This document shows positions 26,214-35,581 of a stretch of 64,000 nt of DNA, in pieces. Within the stretch, counting starts at the first letter, position 1. The number at the start of each line of letters is the position of its first letter. The notes under the pieces were generated by a model that saw only the letters and a program-made list of their open reading frames with translations, had not been told where the DNA came from and ran no database searches. The stretch spans positions 14,044-78,043 of the forward strand of contig JALRDO010000002.1 of the NCBI GenBank assembly GCA_023262185.1, read 5' to 3'. Both the position numbers and the translations under genes were made by a program. Source of the stretch: Flavobacteriaceae bacterium. Its GTDB lineage: Bacteria; Bacteroidota; Bacteroidia; Flavobacteriales; Flavobacteriaceae.

Positions 26214-29200
26214 TTAGGCATTCACCGTGTAATGAATGTTTTCATTATCAAGTTGTTCAAGCAGCTCGTTGCAGATGGTGATCTGGTTTTTTCTGCTCTT
26301 TAATTGAAGGTTTAGGTCTTCATCGTGCAGGGCAAAGCTAATGGGCTTTTTGCCCTTAAAAGCCTTTAAGACTTTGTCGATCTTGGTAATTTGGTCTTGG
26401 TTAATGTCCGCAGCTTTTAAATGCAGTGTAAGGCGTTTGGATTGCTGCTCCATGATGTCTTGCAGTAATTTGACGTCATTGAATTGCAGACGTGGTTCAG
26501 AGGTGGTTCCTGTGTTTCGATTCAGATAGCCTTCGCGTATCGATAGGCGAATGAATAAGAAGTTCCCAGGCCTAAAGAAGTGCTCGTATTTGAGGTAATC
26601 TTCACCGAATACCCTGAAGCTATGCGCTCCGCTATAGTCTTCTAGGGTGAAAGTGCCCCATCTTTTTCCGTTGCGTGAAAGTCGATCTTCGTTCTCGGTA
26701 ACGACTCCGCCTAAGGTGATTTCGAGTCCGATAAAGGGTTCAAGATCCGTCGATAGGGCAGCAACTTCAGCTTTGGTAAAGAGCTTTAGTTCGCGCTTGA
26801 AATCATCTAGAGGATGTCCGCTTAGATAAATGCCGACAACCTCTTTTTCTTTACGCAGTAATTCCATGGTGGGCCAGGGTTCGCAAGCAGGTATTTCAGG
26901 CTCACTGACCTGAGCAGAGGGATCGTCTTCAAAGAGGCTGACCTGTGCCGCTTGTTGACTTTCTTTAAGTCGTGCTGCCGAGCGTAAAATCTTTTCGAGG
27001 TAATTCGTTTCGTCTGAGCCAAGCTGAAAGTATTGACTGCGCATGGCCCCAAACGAGTCGAAGGCTCCTGCGATGGCAAGGTTCTCGAAGGCTTTTTTGT
27101 TGGCTGCCCTGAGATCAACACGTTTGGCGCATTCGAAGACAGAGGTGTAGGCGCCGTTTTCTTTGCGCTCTTCTACTATAGCCTCAACGGTGCTTCGTCC
27201 AACACCCTTGATGGCTCCCATACCAAATCGGATAGCACGTTCTTTATTCACCGAAAACTTGTAATACGATTCGTTAATATCTGGACCAAGTACGGCAATC
27301 CCCATTCGTTTGGCTTCTTCCATGAACAAGGTTACCTGATCGAGATTGTTCATGTTATTCGACAGCACTGCGGCCATGTATTCGGCAGGATAATGCGTTT
27401 TGAGGTAGGCGGTTTGATAAGCGATATAGGCGTAACAGGTCGAGTGGCTTTTGTTGAACGCGTAGCTGGCGAAGGCCTCCCAATCGGTATAGATTTTTTC
27501 AAGCGTTTCTTTCGGATGTCCCTTCTTGATACCCCCATTGATAAATTTGGGTTTGAGTTGATCGATGAGGTCCTTTTTCTTTTTACCCATCGCCTTACGC
27601 AAGACGTCTGCCTCACCTTTGGTGAATCCGGCGAGCTTTTGAGATAGCAGCATTACCTGTTCTTGATAAACGGTAATACCATATGTCGACTCGAGGTATT
27701 CTCGCATCTCGGGCAAATCGTAGGTAATCTCTTCTTTGCCGTGTTTTCTATTGACGAAACTCGGAATGTATTCCAGGGGTCCTGGACGATAGAGTGCATT
27801 CATGGCAATCAGATCGTCAAAGCTGGTGGGTTTTAAATCTTTGAGGTATTTCTGCATTCCTCGGGACTCGTATTGGAAGATTCCGATCGTTTCGCCCCGT
27901 TGGAATAGCTCAAAAGTAGGTGCATCATCGAGCGGAAATTGGTCAGGATCTAAAAGCTCACCTGAGCGCGCTTTGACGATTTTCACCGTGTCTTTAATGA
28001 GGGTCAAGGTCTTCAGGCCTAAGAAGTCCATTTTAAGAAGACCTGCGCTTTCAACTACTGAGTTGTCGAATTGAGTGACCCACATTTCGGCATCTTTTGC
28101 GGTGCTTACCGGCACAAAATTAGTAATATCATCAGGGGTGATGATGACACCACAGGCATGTATGCCTGTATTTCGGATGGTTCCTTCAAGACGCTTGGCG
28201 ATCTTCAGTGTCTTACCTAGGTCGTCATTTGACTTAGAAAGCTCTTGAAGCTCTGCAATCTTTTTGGCGTCGTCACTTCGGTACTGTTGATTTAGTTCCT
28301 TAACATCAAGATCCCAGATCTTAGCAAGCTTGGTCATATCGGGCAAGAGCTTAGCTAAGCGATCTGCCTCGGGTAGGGGTAAATCAAGTACTCTAGCGGT
28401 ATCTCTAATAGCCGATTTTCCAGCCATGGTTCCGTAGGTGATAATTTGAGCAACTTGATTGGATCCGTACTTGTTGATGACATAATCGATTACACGTTGA
28501 CGCCCTTCGTCATCAAAGTCAATATCAATATCAGGGAGAGATACGCGATCCGGATTCAAGAAACGCTCGAAAAGCAAATCGTATTTGATCGGATCAATGT
28601 TCGTGATCCCTAAACAATAGGCCACGGCCGACCCTGCGGCCGAACCTCTTCCGGGCCCCACCGAGACCCCCATTTTGCGCGCCTCTCTGATAAAATCTTC
28701 TACAATCAAGAAATACCCTGGGTACCCTGAGTTTTGAATGGTCTGAAGCTCAAAATCTATCCGCTCTCTAAGAGCATCATCTAAAGTTTCATAGCGACGT
28801 TTTGCTCCCTCGTATGTCAGATGCCTCAAATAGGCATTTTCACCTCGCTTTTCTGAGTCAAATTGGTCCTGAAGATCAATGAACTCTTCAGGAATATCAA
28901 ATTGCGGCAATAAAACGTCTCTGGCAAGTTCGTAGTTTTCGACCTTGTCAATGACTTCTTCGATATTCGAAAGTGCGTCTGGCAGGTCAGCGAAGAGACT
29001 GCGCATTTCTTCAGACGATTTGAAGTGATAGGCGTCGCTGGGTAGCCCATTTCTGAATCCGCGCCCGCGCCCTACTGGGGTTTCTTTTAGCTCTCCTTCT
29101 TTGACGCAAAGCAGCAAATCTTGAAGCTCGTGATCGTCGGCCGTCTCGAAAAAACAATCGTTAGTGGCTACTAATTTGACTTGATGCTTTTTGGCGAGCC

Positions 29201-30545
29201 GCACTAAAACCTCATTCACCACCTGTTCTTCTTCGAGGCCGTGCCTCATGATCTCAAGGTAAAAGTCTTCTTTAAAATGTTCTTTGAACCAGATCAGGGC
29301 CTCTTCTGCTTGTTGTTCTCCCTGACTGAAGATTTTATTGGCTACCTCACCAGACAATCCGCCTGATAAAACAATAAGTCCTTCAGCATGATTTAAGAGC
29401 AAGGCTTTGTCTATGCGAGGTACATAATAGAATCCTTCGGTATAGGCTTTTGAGGTAAGCTTGGATAGGTTTTGGTATCCCTTTTTATTTTTAGCGAGCA
29501 AAACGACTTGGTAGCCGTTGTCTTTTACGTTTTTGTTTAGTCGGTCTTCTGCCAACTGAAGTTCACATCCAACAATTCCTTTTTTCGGATCTTCAGGATG
29601 GGCTTTATTGTGTTGTTGGACTGCATTTACAAAACTGAATGCACCCATCATATTTCCACTATCAGTGAGAGCGACTGCCTGCATTCTTTCTTCAACTGCC
29701 TTGCGCAAAAGGGCCTCTGGTCGCATTGTTGCCTGTAGTATCGAGAATTGTGAGTGTGCGTGTAGGTGAGCAAAGGCGAATTCAGCTACAGCTTCTTGTT
29801 GTTTACTGTTTGGTGTGGCAGGTACTAACGGAGTTTCTTGTTGCTTCAGTACCTCTGAAGCTTCTTTTAAATTACGGTGGCTAAAGCCATAGGTTGGCAC
29901 TGGCCCAGGATGGAGTTCAAGAAAGGATTCCTTTTGCGCTGGGGTGAACCCGAGCTGTTCTAGGTTGAATGATCCGATCCGAACTAGTTCAAAGAAACAG
30001 CGTGCTGTAGCCTCAACATCTGCACTGGCATTGTGTGCCTCGTCGAAGCCTGCTCCAAAAAGGTGTTGGTGCAATTCGGTTAAGGTGGGTAGTTTGAATC
30101 GCCCGCCTCTTCCGCCAGGTAATTGACAGAGTTGGGCGGTTGTTTCGGTACAGGTATCAAGAACGGGCTTATCCGTTAATGGAGCTGTGGGTTTACCCGT
30201 TCTGTAAAGCTCTGCACCTATAATGTTGATGTCAAAGTCGATGTTCTGGCCAACTACGAAGATGGCTTTTGCAAGCGCTTCCTCAAAAAGATCTAAGAGT
30301 TCACCGAGGACTATTCCCTCTTTTTCTGCCAACGCAGTAGAAATACCATGAATGCGTTCAGATTCAAATGGAATGGTGAATCCTTCTGGTTTTAAGAGGT
30401 ATTCGTGTTGTTCAACCACTGCTCCAGACGCATCGTGCAACTGCCAGGCGAGTTGAACCATACGAGGCCAATTCGCTGAGTCGCTCAATGGGGCTTTGTA
30501 TGATTTCGGAAGCCCAGTAGTTTCAGTGTCAAATATTAAAAACAT
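26214..30545 (-). CDS. dnaE: DNA polymerase III alpha subunit (DnaE1) with N-terminal DnaQ-like 3'-5' exonuclease domain
   Basis: Exo motifs FDTETTG, NIDFD and HNASADVEA in the first ~190 aa, followed by PHP (HLHAHSQFS), the polymerase core and an OB fold. 1443 aa. Confidence 0.9.
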   Translation of the reverse strand: MFLIFDTETTGLPKSYKAPLSDSANWPRMVQLAWQLHDASGAVVEQHEYLLKPEGFTIPFESERIHGISTALAEKEGIVLGELLDLFEEALAKAIFVVGQNIDFDINIIGAELYRTGKPTAPLTDKPVLDTCTETTAQLCQLPGGRGGRFKLPTLTELHQHLFGAGFDEAHNASADVEATARCFFELVRIGSFNLEQLGFTPAQKESFLELHPGPVPTYGFSHRNLKEASEVLKQQETPLVPATPNSKQQEAVAEFAFAHLHAHSQFSILQATMRPEALLRKAVEERMQAVALTDSGNMMGAFSFVNAVQQHNKAHPEDPKKGIVGCELQLAEDRLNKNVKDNGYQVVLLAKNKKGYQNLSKLTSKAYTEGFYYVPRIDKALLLNHAEGLIVLSGGLSGEVANKIFSQGEQQAEEALIWFKEHFKEDFYLEIMRHGLEEEQVVNEVLVRLAKKHQVKLVATNDCFFETADDHELQDLLLCVKEGELKETPVGRGRGFRNGLPSDAYHFKSSEEMRSLFADLPDALSNIEEVIDKVENYELARDVLLPQFDIPEEFIDLQDQFDSEKRGENAYLRHLTYEGAKRRYETLDDALRERIDFELQTIQNSGYPGYFLIVEDFIREARKMGVSVGPGRGSAAGSAVAYCLGITNIDPIKYDLLFERFLNPDRVSLPDIDIDFDDEGRQRVIDYVINKYGSNQVAQIITYGTMAGKSAIRDTARVLDLPLPEADRLAKLLPDMTKLAKIWDLDVKELNQQYRSDDAKKIAELQELSKSNDDLGKTLKIAKRLEGTIRNTGIHACGVIITPDDITNFVPVSTAKDAEMWVTQFDNSVVESAGLLKMDFLGLKTLTLIKDTVKIVKARSGELLDPDQFPLDDAPTFELFQRGETIGIFQYESRGMQKYLKDLKPTSFDDLIAMNALYRPGPLEYIPSFVNRKHGKEEITYDLPEMREYLESTYGITVYQEQVMLLSQKLAGFTKGEADVLRKAMGKKKKDLIDQLKPKFINGGIKKGHPKETLEKIYTDWEAFASYAFNKSHSTCYAYIAYQTAYLKTHYPAEYMAAVLSNNMNNLDQVTLFMEEAKRMGIAVLGPDINESYYKFSVNKERAIRFGMGAIKGVGRSTVEAIVEERKENGAYTSVFECAKRVDLRAANKKAFENLAIAGAFDSFGAMRSQYFQLGSDETNYLEKILRSAARLKESQQAAQVSLFEDDPSAQVSEPEIPACEPWPTMELLRKEKEVVGIYLSGHPLDDFKRELKLFTKAEVAALSTDLEPFIGLEITLGGVVTENEDRLSRNGKRWGTFTLEDYSGAHSFRVFGEDYLKYEHFFRPGNFLFIRLSIREGYLNRNTGTTSEPRLQFNDVKLLQDIMEQQSKRLTLHLKAADINQDQITKIDKVLKAFKGKKPISFALHDEDLNLQLKSRKNQITICNELLEQLDNENIHYTVNA

Positions 30546-30608
30546 GCAGGAGAGAAACGAACTTTAAATTTAGTGAATGAATATGCTTTAGAAACTCGTG
30601 AATTCGTT

Positions 30609-30616
30609 TATCTTTG
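30609..30616 (+). promoter_or_regulatory. -7 promoter box TATCTTTG for rpsP-rimM
   Basis: Exact TAnnTTTG match, 60 nt before the rpsP ATG. Confidence 0.55.
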
Positions 30617-30676
30617 CACGACTTTTAAACAATGTATTAATAACCTAAGGTCGGGCACCTTAAAATTTAATGTGAT

Positions 30677-31339
30677 ATGCCAGTTAGAATTAGACTTCAA
30701 AGACACGGTAAAAAAGGAAAACCATTTTACTGGGTAGTAGCCGCTGATGCGCGCTCAAAAAGAGACGGAAAATACCTTGAGAAACTAGGTACTTACAATC
30801 CAAACACACATCCAGCAACTGTTGACTTAGATGTAGACGCTTCTGTTAAGTGGCTGCAAAACGGTGCTGAACCTACGAATACTGTAAAGGCAATTCTTTC
30901 GAATAAAGGAGTGTTATTGAAGCATCACCTTGTTAAAGGTGTTGCGAAAGGTGCACTTACTGAAGAGCAAGTAGAAGAGCGTTTCGCTCAATGGTTAGCT
31001 GAGAAAGAAAGAGCGGTTCAAGCACTCAACTCTTCACTTGATAAAGCTAAAGTAGATGCTAAGGCTAAAGCGCTTGAGGCCGAAAAAGAAGCCAATGAAA
31101 AACGCGCTGCTGCGATTGCTGCTGCTAATGCTCCTGAGCCAGAAGTAAGCGAAGAACCGGCTGTTGAGGAAGCTGCTGTTTCTGAAGAAACTGCTGAAGA
31201 GGCACTTGCTGCTGAGGCTGCAGTTGAAGAGGCACCTGCTGAAGAAGCTCCAGCCACTGAGGAAGCTGCAACTGAAGAGACCCCTACTGCTGAGGCTCCT
31301 GCTGAAGAAGAGGCAGACGAAGAGAAGCTAGTAGAGTAA
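30677..31339 (+). CDS. rpsP: 30S ribosomal protein S16 with long Ala/Glu-rich C-terminal extension
   Basis: N-terminus MPVRIRLQRHGKKGKPFY. The S16 core covers roughly the first 90 aa; the rest is low-complexity A/E/K. Confidence 0.9.
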   Translation: MPVRIRLQRHGKKGKPFYWVVAADARSKRDGKYLEKLGTYNPNTHPATVDLDVDASVKWLQNGAEPTNTVKAILSNKGVLLKHHLVKGVAKGALTEEQVEERFAQWLAEKERAVQALNSSLDKAKVDAKAKALEAEKEANEKRAAAIAAANAPEPEVSEEPAVEEAAVSEETAEEALAAEAAVEEAPAEEAPATEEAATEETPTAEAPAEEEADEEKLVE

Positions 31340-31352
31340 ATCTCATTTTCTG

Positions 31353-31880
31353 ATGAAGAAAGATGCCTGTTATCGATTAGGTCACATTGCATCTAAATAT
31401 AGTTTTAAGGGGGAGGTGCTACTCAAGTTAGATACCGATGATCCCCATACGTATCAAGAAATGGAATCAGTTTTTGTGGAATTAGACCACGAACTGGTTC
31501 CATTTTTTATTGAATCCTCTCGATGGCATCGCGATTTTCTACGAGTGAGCTTTGAGGGGGTGGACACTGAGCAAGAAGCAGAGGCATTAATAGGAAAATC
31601 ATTGTACAGACCACTCTCAGAGCTTCCTGAGTTAGAGGGAGATCAGTTTTATTTTCACGAAGTGATTGGGTATACCGTTACAGATCGCACCTATGGCGAG
31701 GTGGGTAGGCTTAGTGCTATCAATGACAGTGCCGTACAGGAGCTTCTTGTGATTACTCATGAATCGGGTAAAGAGGTATTGATTCCGCTAGTTGATGAAC
31801 TTTTTCTCGGTGTTGATCGCGAACAAAAGGTGCTTACTATTGACTCACCTGAAGGATTAATTGCGCTTTATTTATCTTAA
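31353..31880 (+). CDS. rimM: 16S rRNA processing protein RimM
   Basis: Size, position after rpsP, and RimM/PRC-barrel-like sequence. Confidence 0.8.
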   Translation: MKKDACYRLGHIASKYSFKGEVLLKLDTDDPHTYQEMESVFVELDHELVPFFIESSRWHRDFLRVSFEGVDTEQEAEALIGKSLYRPLSELPELEGDQFYFHEVIGYTVTDRTYGEVGRLSAINDSAVQELLVITHESGKEVLIPLVDELFLGVDREQKVLTIDSPEGLIALYLS

Positions 31881-31885
31881 TTGGA

Positions 31886-32602
31886 ATGTCTGTATTTCGC
31901 TTTAAACACTTTTCAATCGATCAGTCTGAGGTTGCGATGAAGGTCGGTACCGATGGAGTCTTATTAGGTGCCTGGGCCGAGGTTTCGAATAAGGCTTCTC
32001 GTATTCTTGATGTTGGTGCGGGGTCGGGTCTCATTTGTCTACAGATGGCACAGCGTTATCCGACGACCCAGGTTTTGGGTGTCGAGCGAGATCAAGCGGC
32101 TGCTTCGGCTGCATTAGCGAATATTTCAAATAGTTCGTTTTCGGATCGCATCGCTATCCTTGAGGATGATTTTGTAAGCTGGTATCCGAATTGTGAAGAG
32201 CGTTTTGGCGCGGTGGTGAGTAATCCTCCCTTTTTCGATGAATCTCCCAAGGACGAACACGATGCGCGCCATCTCGCAAGGCACTCGGCATATCTTCCGC
32301 TAGATACCTTGGTGAAGGGCGCGGCACGACTGCTTGTAGTTGACGGATCTTTTTCTGTGATTTTACCTTATGAGCGGGCCACAGATCTTCAACGTATAAC
32401 GGCTTCACATGGACTTGAGTTAAAACGTTACTGCATGGTAAAAGGACGCTTTGATACTCCTGTTCGTCGTGTATTGTTTGATTTTGTAAAGACCTCAGCG
32501 CCTATCATTGCACACCGAGAAGAGTTGGTGATCGAGCTTGATCGCAATGTGTATACTGAAGAGTACCGTGAGCTTACTGCCCCATTCTATTTAAACTTCT
32601 AG
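31886..32602 (+). CDS. tRNA (adenine-N6)-methyltransferase (TrmN6/YfiC-like)
   Basis: SAM motif LDVGAGSGL and catalytic NPPF (VVSNPPFF). Confidence 0.75.
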   Translation: MSVFRFKHFSIDQSEVAMKVGTDGVLLGAWAEVSNKASRILDVGAGSGLICLQMAQRYPTTQVLGVERDQAAASAALANISNSSFSDRIAILEDDFVSWYPNCEERFGAVVSNPPFFDESPKDEHDARHLARHSAYLPLDTLVKGAARLLVVDGSFSVILPYERATDLQRITASHGLELKRYCMVKGRFDTPVRRVLFDFVKTSAPIIAHREELVIELDRNVYTEEYRELTAPFYLNF

Positions 32603-35579
32603 GGCTAGGTGCCAGTGATTTTACACTGTACCTAGGGTCAGGAACATAATCGAGTCTCTCGAGACGAATAACCTCTATACTATAGTGATTAAAGCTGTTC
32701 ACGGCTTTTCCGTAGCAGCTATAAATTCCTTTGCTTCGACAGGGATATTTTTGTGCGACATCCGGAAAAGATACACTGTCGAAAATAGTTCCCTCTCGAT
32801 CGAGAAAGGTTGCGAATTGCATGTGTTCGCCTTTATGTGTTTTGGTATTTTTCACGGTAACCAAGTATCCGTAAAGGGTAATACAGCGGTTTTCGAATAC
32901 ATGTAGTTCCTTAGCACTCGGATGTTCGGGTAGCGGAGTTTTTAGAAGTTCAAAAGTGAGGCTGAGCGGAAATCCTAAGAGCTCCCATGCTTCAAATACC
33001 TCTTCTACAGGATTGACTTCTATGTGGTTGAGCTCGAATTTCTGCTCATCGGTCGGAAAGAGACGTGCTGAACCTTTCACGGCAGGTAGGTTTCTGTAGC
33101 TGTAGAGCTGCCATAGTAGTTCGTGCTTGGTTTTATTGGTGAAACGAAAGGCGTTGCTTCGAATAAGCAGGCTGATTTGATCGGTGCTCAACGGTACGCG
33201 GTCGATAAAGTCGGTGAGGCTCTTAAAACCTCCTCTGTGTTGGCGCTCTTTGAGTATCCGCTCGCAGCTGCGGTCTTCGAGCTCTTTCAGATACATAAGG
33301 CCGAGGTATAGGCGCTTGCCTACAAGTGTGTTGAGGTAATGGCTGTGATTGATGCATTGAAGCTCGACAGCGCCCCCGAGTTGTTCGAAGTGCTTGAGGT
33401 AGAACTCGGGGCTATAGAATCCTCCTCCGTTATTGAGCACGGAGGTCATGTATTCTAGGGGGTAGTATACTTTGAGATAAAGGGTCTGATAACTTTCTAT
33501 GGCGTACGAGGCTGAGTGTCCTTTGGCGAAGGCGTAGCCTGCAAAACTCTCTATCTGTTTCCAAACCTCTTGGGCGACCTCTTTCGAGTGGCCTCGATGT
33601 GCACACCCCTCGAAATAGCTTCTCTCTAACATCAAAAATTCTGACTTAGAGCGTGACTTTCCGCTCATGGCTCTTCGAAGAATGTCGGCTTCTGCTAGGG
33701 ATAGACCGGCAAATAAATGAGCGACTTTGATGACGTCTTCTTGATAGACCATCACGCCATAAGTGTCTGGCATGATCTTGAGCAGTTCAGGATGTACCTT
33801 GCGCGTTCGTTCTTTGTCGCGATGTCTCAAGATGTACTCGTTCATCATGCCGCTTTGTGCCACCCCTGGGCGTATGATAGAGCTCGCCGCCACAAGTTCT
33901 AAGTAGCTCTTGGTCTCTAGTTTTTGCAGAAGCATGCGCATGGCCGGAGATTCGATGTAGAAGCAGCCCATGCAATCACCGCGACTCAAATACGAATTCA
34001 ATTGAGGGTCGTTTTTAAAGCGATCGACTTGGTGAATGTCTAGCGTTTTTCCTTGGTTAGAAGCCACCAGTCTTATAGCCTCTTGTATTTTTGAGACGCC
34101 GCGTTGCGATAAGATATCAAACTTGTACAGGCCTACAGCCTCGGCAATGTGCATGTCGAATTGCACGGTCGGATACCCTTTTGGGGGCATAAAGGTGCTT
34201 GCGAAACGGTGTATGGGTTTGCTGCTGATGAGTATTCCTCCGGCGTGAATGCTTAGGTAATTGGGTAATCCGTGTATGTAAGCAGCGTATTTGAGTACCA
34301 GTTGATGGAGTGATTCGTTGGGGTGTTTGCGCGAAAGAGGTCGAAGCGTTTCGACGAGATGATCGATCTCATCTTTTGGTAGTCCGAATACTTTTCCGAT
34401 CTCTCGTATAACCGCTCTTTTCTGAAAAGTCACATAGCTGCCCAGCAATGAAACGTGTGTGAAGCGCTGAAAGATGTAGTCGATGATTTCGTTGCGCTCT
34501 TTCCAACAAAAGTCGATATCAAAATCCGGAGGACTTGACCGGTACTCGTTCATAAAACGCTCAAAATACAGGTCGAGCTCTAGGGGATCTACGTCGGTGA
34601 TGCGCAGCAGATAAGCTACTACACTATTGGCACCACTTCCGCGACCGACATAATGGAATCCTCTTTTTTGTGCATAGGTTACAATGTCGTGGTTGATCAA
34701 AAAGTACGAGACGAACTGCTTCTGTTCGATGAGTGAAAGTTCTTTCTCTACACGCTGCTTTAAGGCCTCAGTGGGCTCGGGGTAGCGGTAGTGGAGCCCC
34801 TGGTTGCAGAGCCTGCGAAGCAAACGGATGTCTTCAGGGGTGCTGCCAGTGAAAGTGTTGAGATTTTGCGATTCGGCCTGCTGATGAAATTGAAAATCAA
34901 GCTGACAACGATCGATAAGCGCAGAGGTGTTTTCTAGTAAGAATTCAACGTCTGAGAGTTGCTCATAGAGTACCGATCTTGAGGGCATTTGATCGGCTGG
35001 GTCTGCCTGTTCTTCGCTGCTGAGCTTGCTGAGCAGTGTGTTGTTGTCAATAGCCCTGAGCAGTCGGTGTGTATTGAAGTCGCGCTTTGATCTGAAACTT
35101 ACGGGCTGCAGTAGTATGAGTTTATCGGGGGTTTTGATCAGTTTATTGAGGCTGAGTTTTCTGAGTTCTCGAAGACTGACACCGATGTATTCGTTGGCTC
35201 TCAATGAGTGTCCTGAAGTTTTGAGAGCAGACTCGAAAGGATAGATGACAATGGCGTGTTCAAATGCAGGAGCCTTTGTTTCAAAGGCTTTGCCCTCATG
35301 AAGGTGCTTGGCGAGAAAGGAGTTCAATTCAAAGTAGGCGTCTTCGTTAGGGGCGATTCCGACGAATTGACAAGAGGTGCCGTTTCTGAAATCGACACCT
35401 ACGACGCCCTTTATCTGTTTGTGCTGCGCATACCTCAGAAATGAAAGCACTCCAGAGGTGGTGTTGATATCTGTTAGACCCACACTGTTGTAACCTTGTT
35501 CTATGGCTAGGTCGACGAGCGCCTCTTCTGAAAAGGTTCCGTATCTCAGACTGTAGTAACTGTGGCAATTCAGTAGCAT
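32574..35579 (-). CDS. dnaE2: error-prone DNA polymerase, DnaE2-type Pol III alpha homolog
   Basis: N-terminal PHP (LLNCHSYYSLRYG), an alpha-subunit core, about 1000 aa, no exonuclease or tau-binding tail. Starts 2 nt after the Y-family polymerase gene. Confidence 0.8.
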   Translation of the reverse strand: MLLNCHSYYSLRYGTFSEEALVDLAIEQGYNSVGLTDINTTSGVLSFLRYAQHKQIKGVVGVDFRNGTSCQFVGIAPNEDAYFELNSFLAKHLHEGKAFETKAPAFEHAIVIYPFESALKTSGHSLRANEYIGVSLRELRKLSLNKLIKTPDKLILLQPVSFRSKRDFNTHRLLRAIDNNTLLSKLSSEEQADPADQMPSRSVLYEQLSDVEFLLENTSALIDRCQLDFQFHQQAESQNLNTFTGSTPEDIRLLRRLCNQGLHYRYPEPTEALKQRVEKELSLIEQKQFVSYFLINHDIVTYAQKRGFHYVGRGSGANSVVAYLLRITDVDPLELDLYFERFMNEYRSSPPDFDIDFCWKERNEIIDYIFQRFTHVSLLGSYVTFQKRAVIREIGKVFGLPKDEIDHLVETLRPLSRKHPNESLHQLVLKYAAYIHGLPNYLSIHAGGILISSKPIHRFASTFMPPKGYPTVQFDMHIAEAVGLYKFDILSQRGVSKIQEAIRLVASNQGKTLDIHQVDRFKNDPQLNSYLSRGDCMGCFYIESPAMRMLLQKLETKSYLELVAASSIIRPGVAQSGMMNEYILRHRDKERTRKVHPELLKIMPDTYGVMVYQEDVIKVAHLFAGLSLAEADILRRAMSGKSRSKSEFLMLERSYFEGCAHRGHSKEVAQEVWKQIESFAGYAFAKGHSASYAIESYQTLYLKVYYPLEYMTSVLNNGGGFYSPEFYLKHFEQLGGAVELQCINHSHYLNTLVGKRLYLGLMYLKELEDRSCERILKERQHRGGFKSLTDFIDRVPLSTDQISLLIRSNAFRFTNKTKHELLWQLYSYRNLPAVKGSARLFPTDEQKFELNHIEVNPVEEVFEAWELLGFPLSLTFELLKTPLPEHPSAKELHVFENRCITLYGYLVTVKNTKTHKGEHMQFATFLDREGTIFDSVSFPDVAQKYPCRSKGIYSCYGKAVNSFNHYSIEVIRLERLDYVPDPRYSVKSLAPSPRSLNRMGQ

Positions 35580-35581
35580 GA

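Noticed and set aside
27033-27647. 204-aa ORF antisense to dnaE. Similar shadow ORFs lie at 40074-40562 (antisense to the dipeptidase), 31018-31392 (antisense to the S16 tail) and 7678-8001 (overlapping the L25 tail).
   Set aside because: All lie entirely inside well-supported genes on the opposite strand or in another frame. They have low-complexity or unnatural composition and no recognisable motifs.
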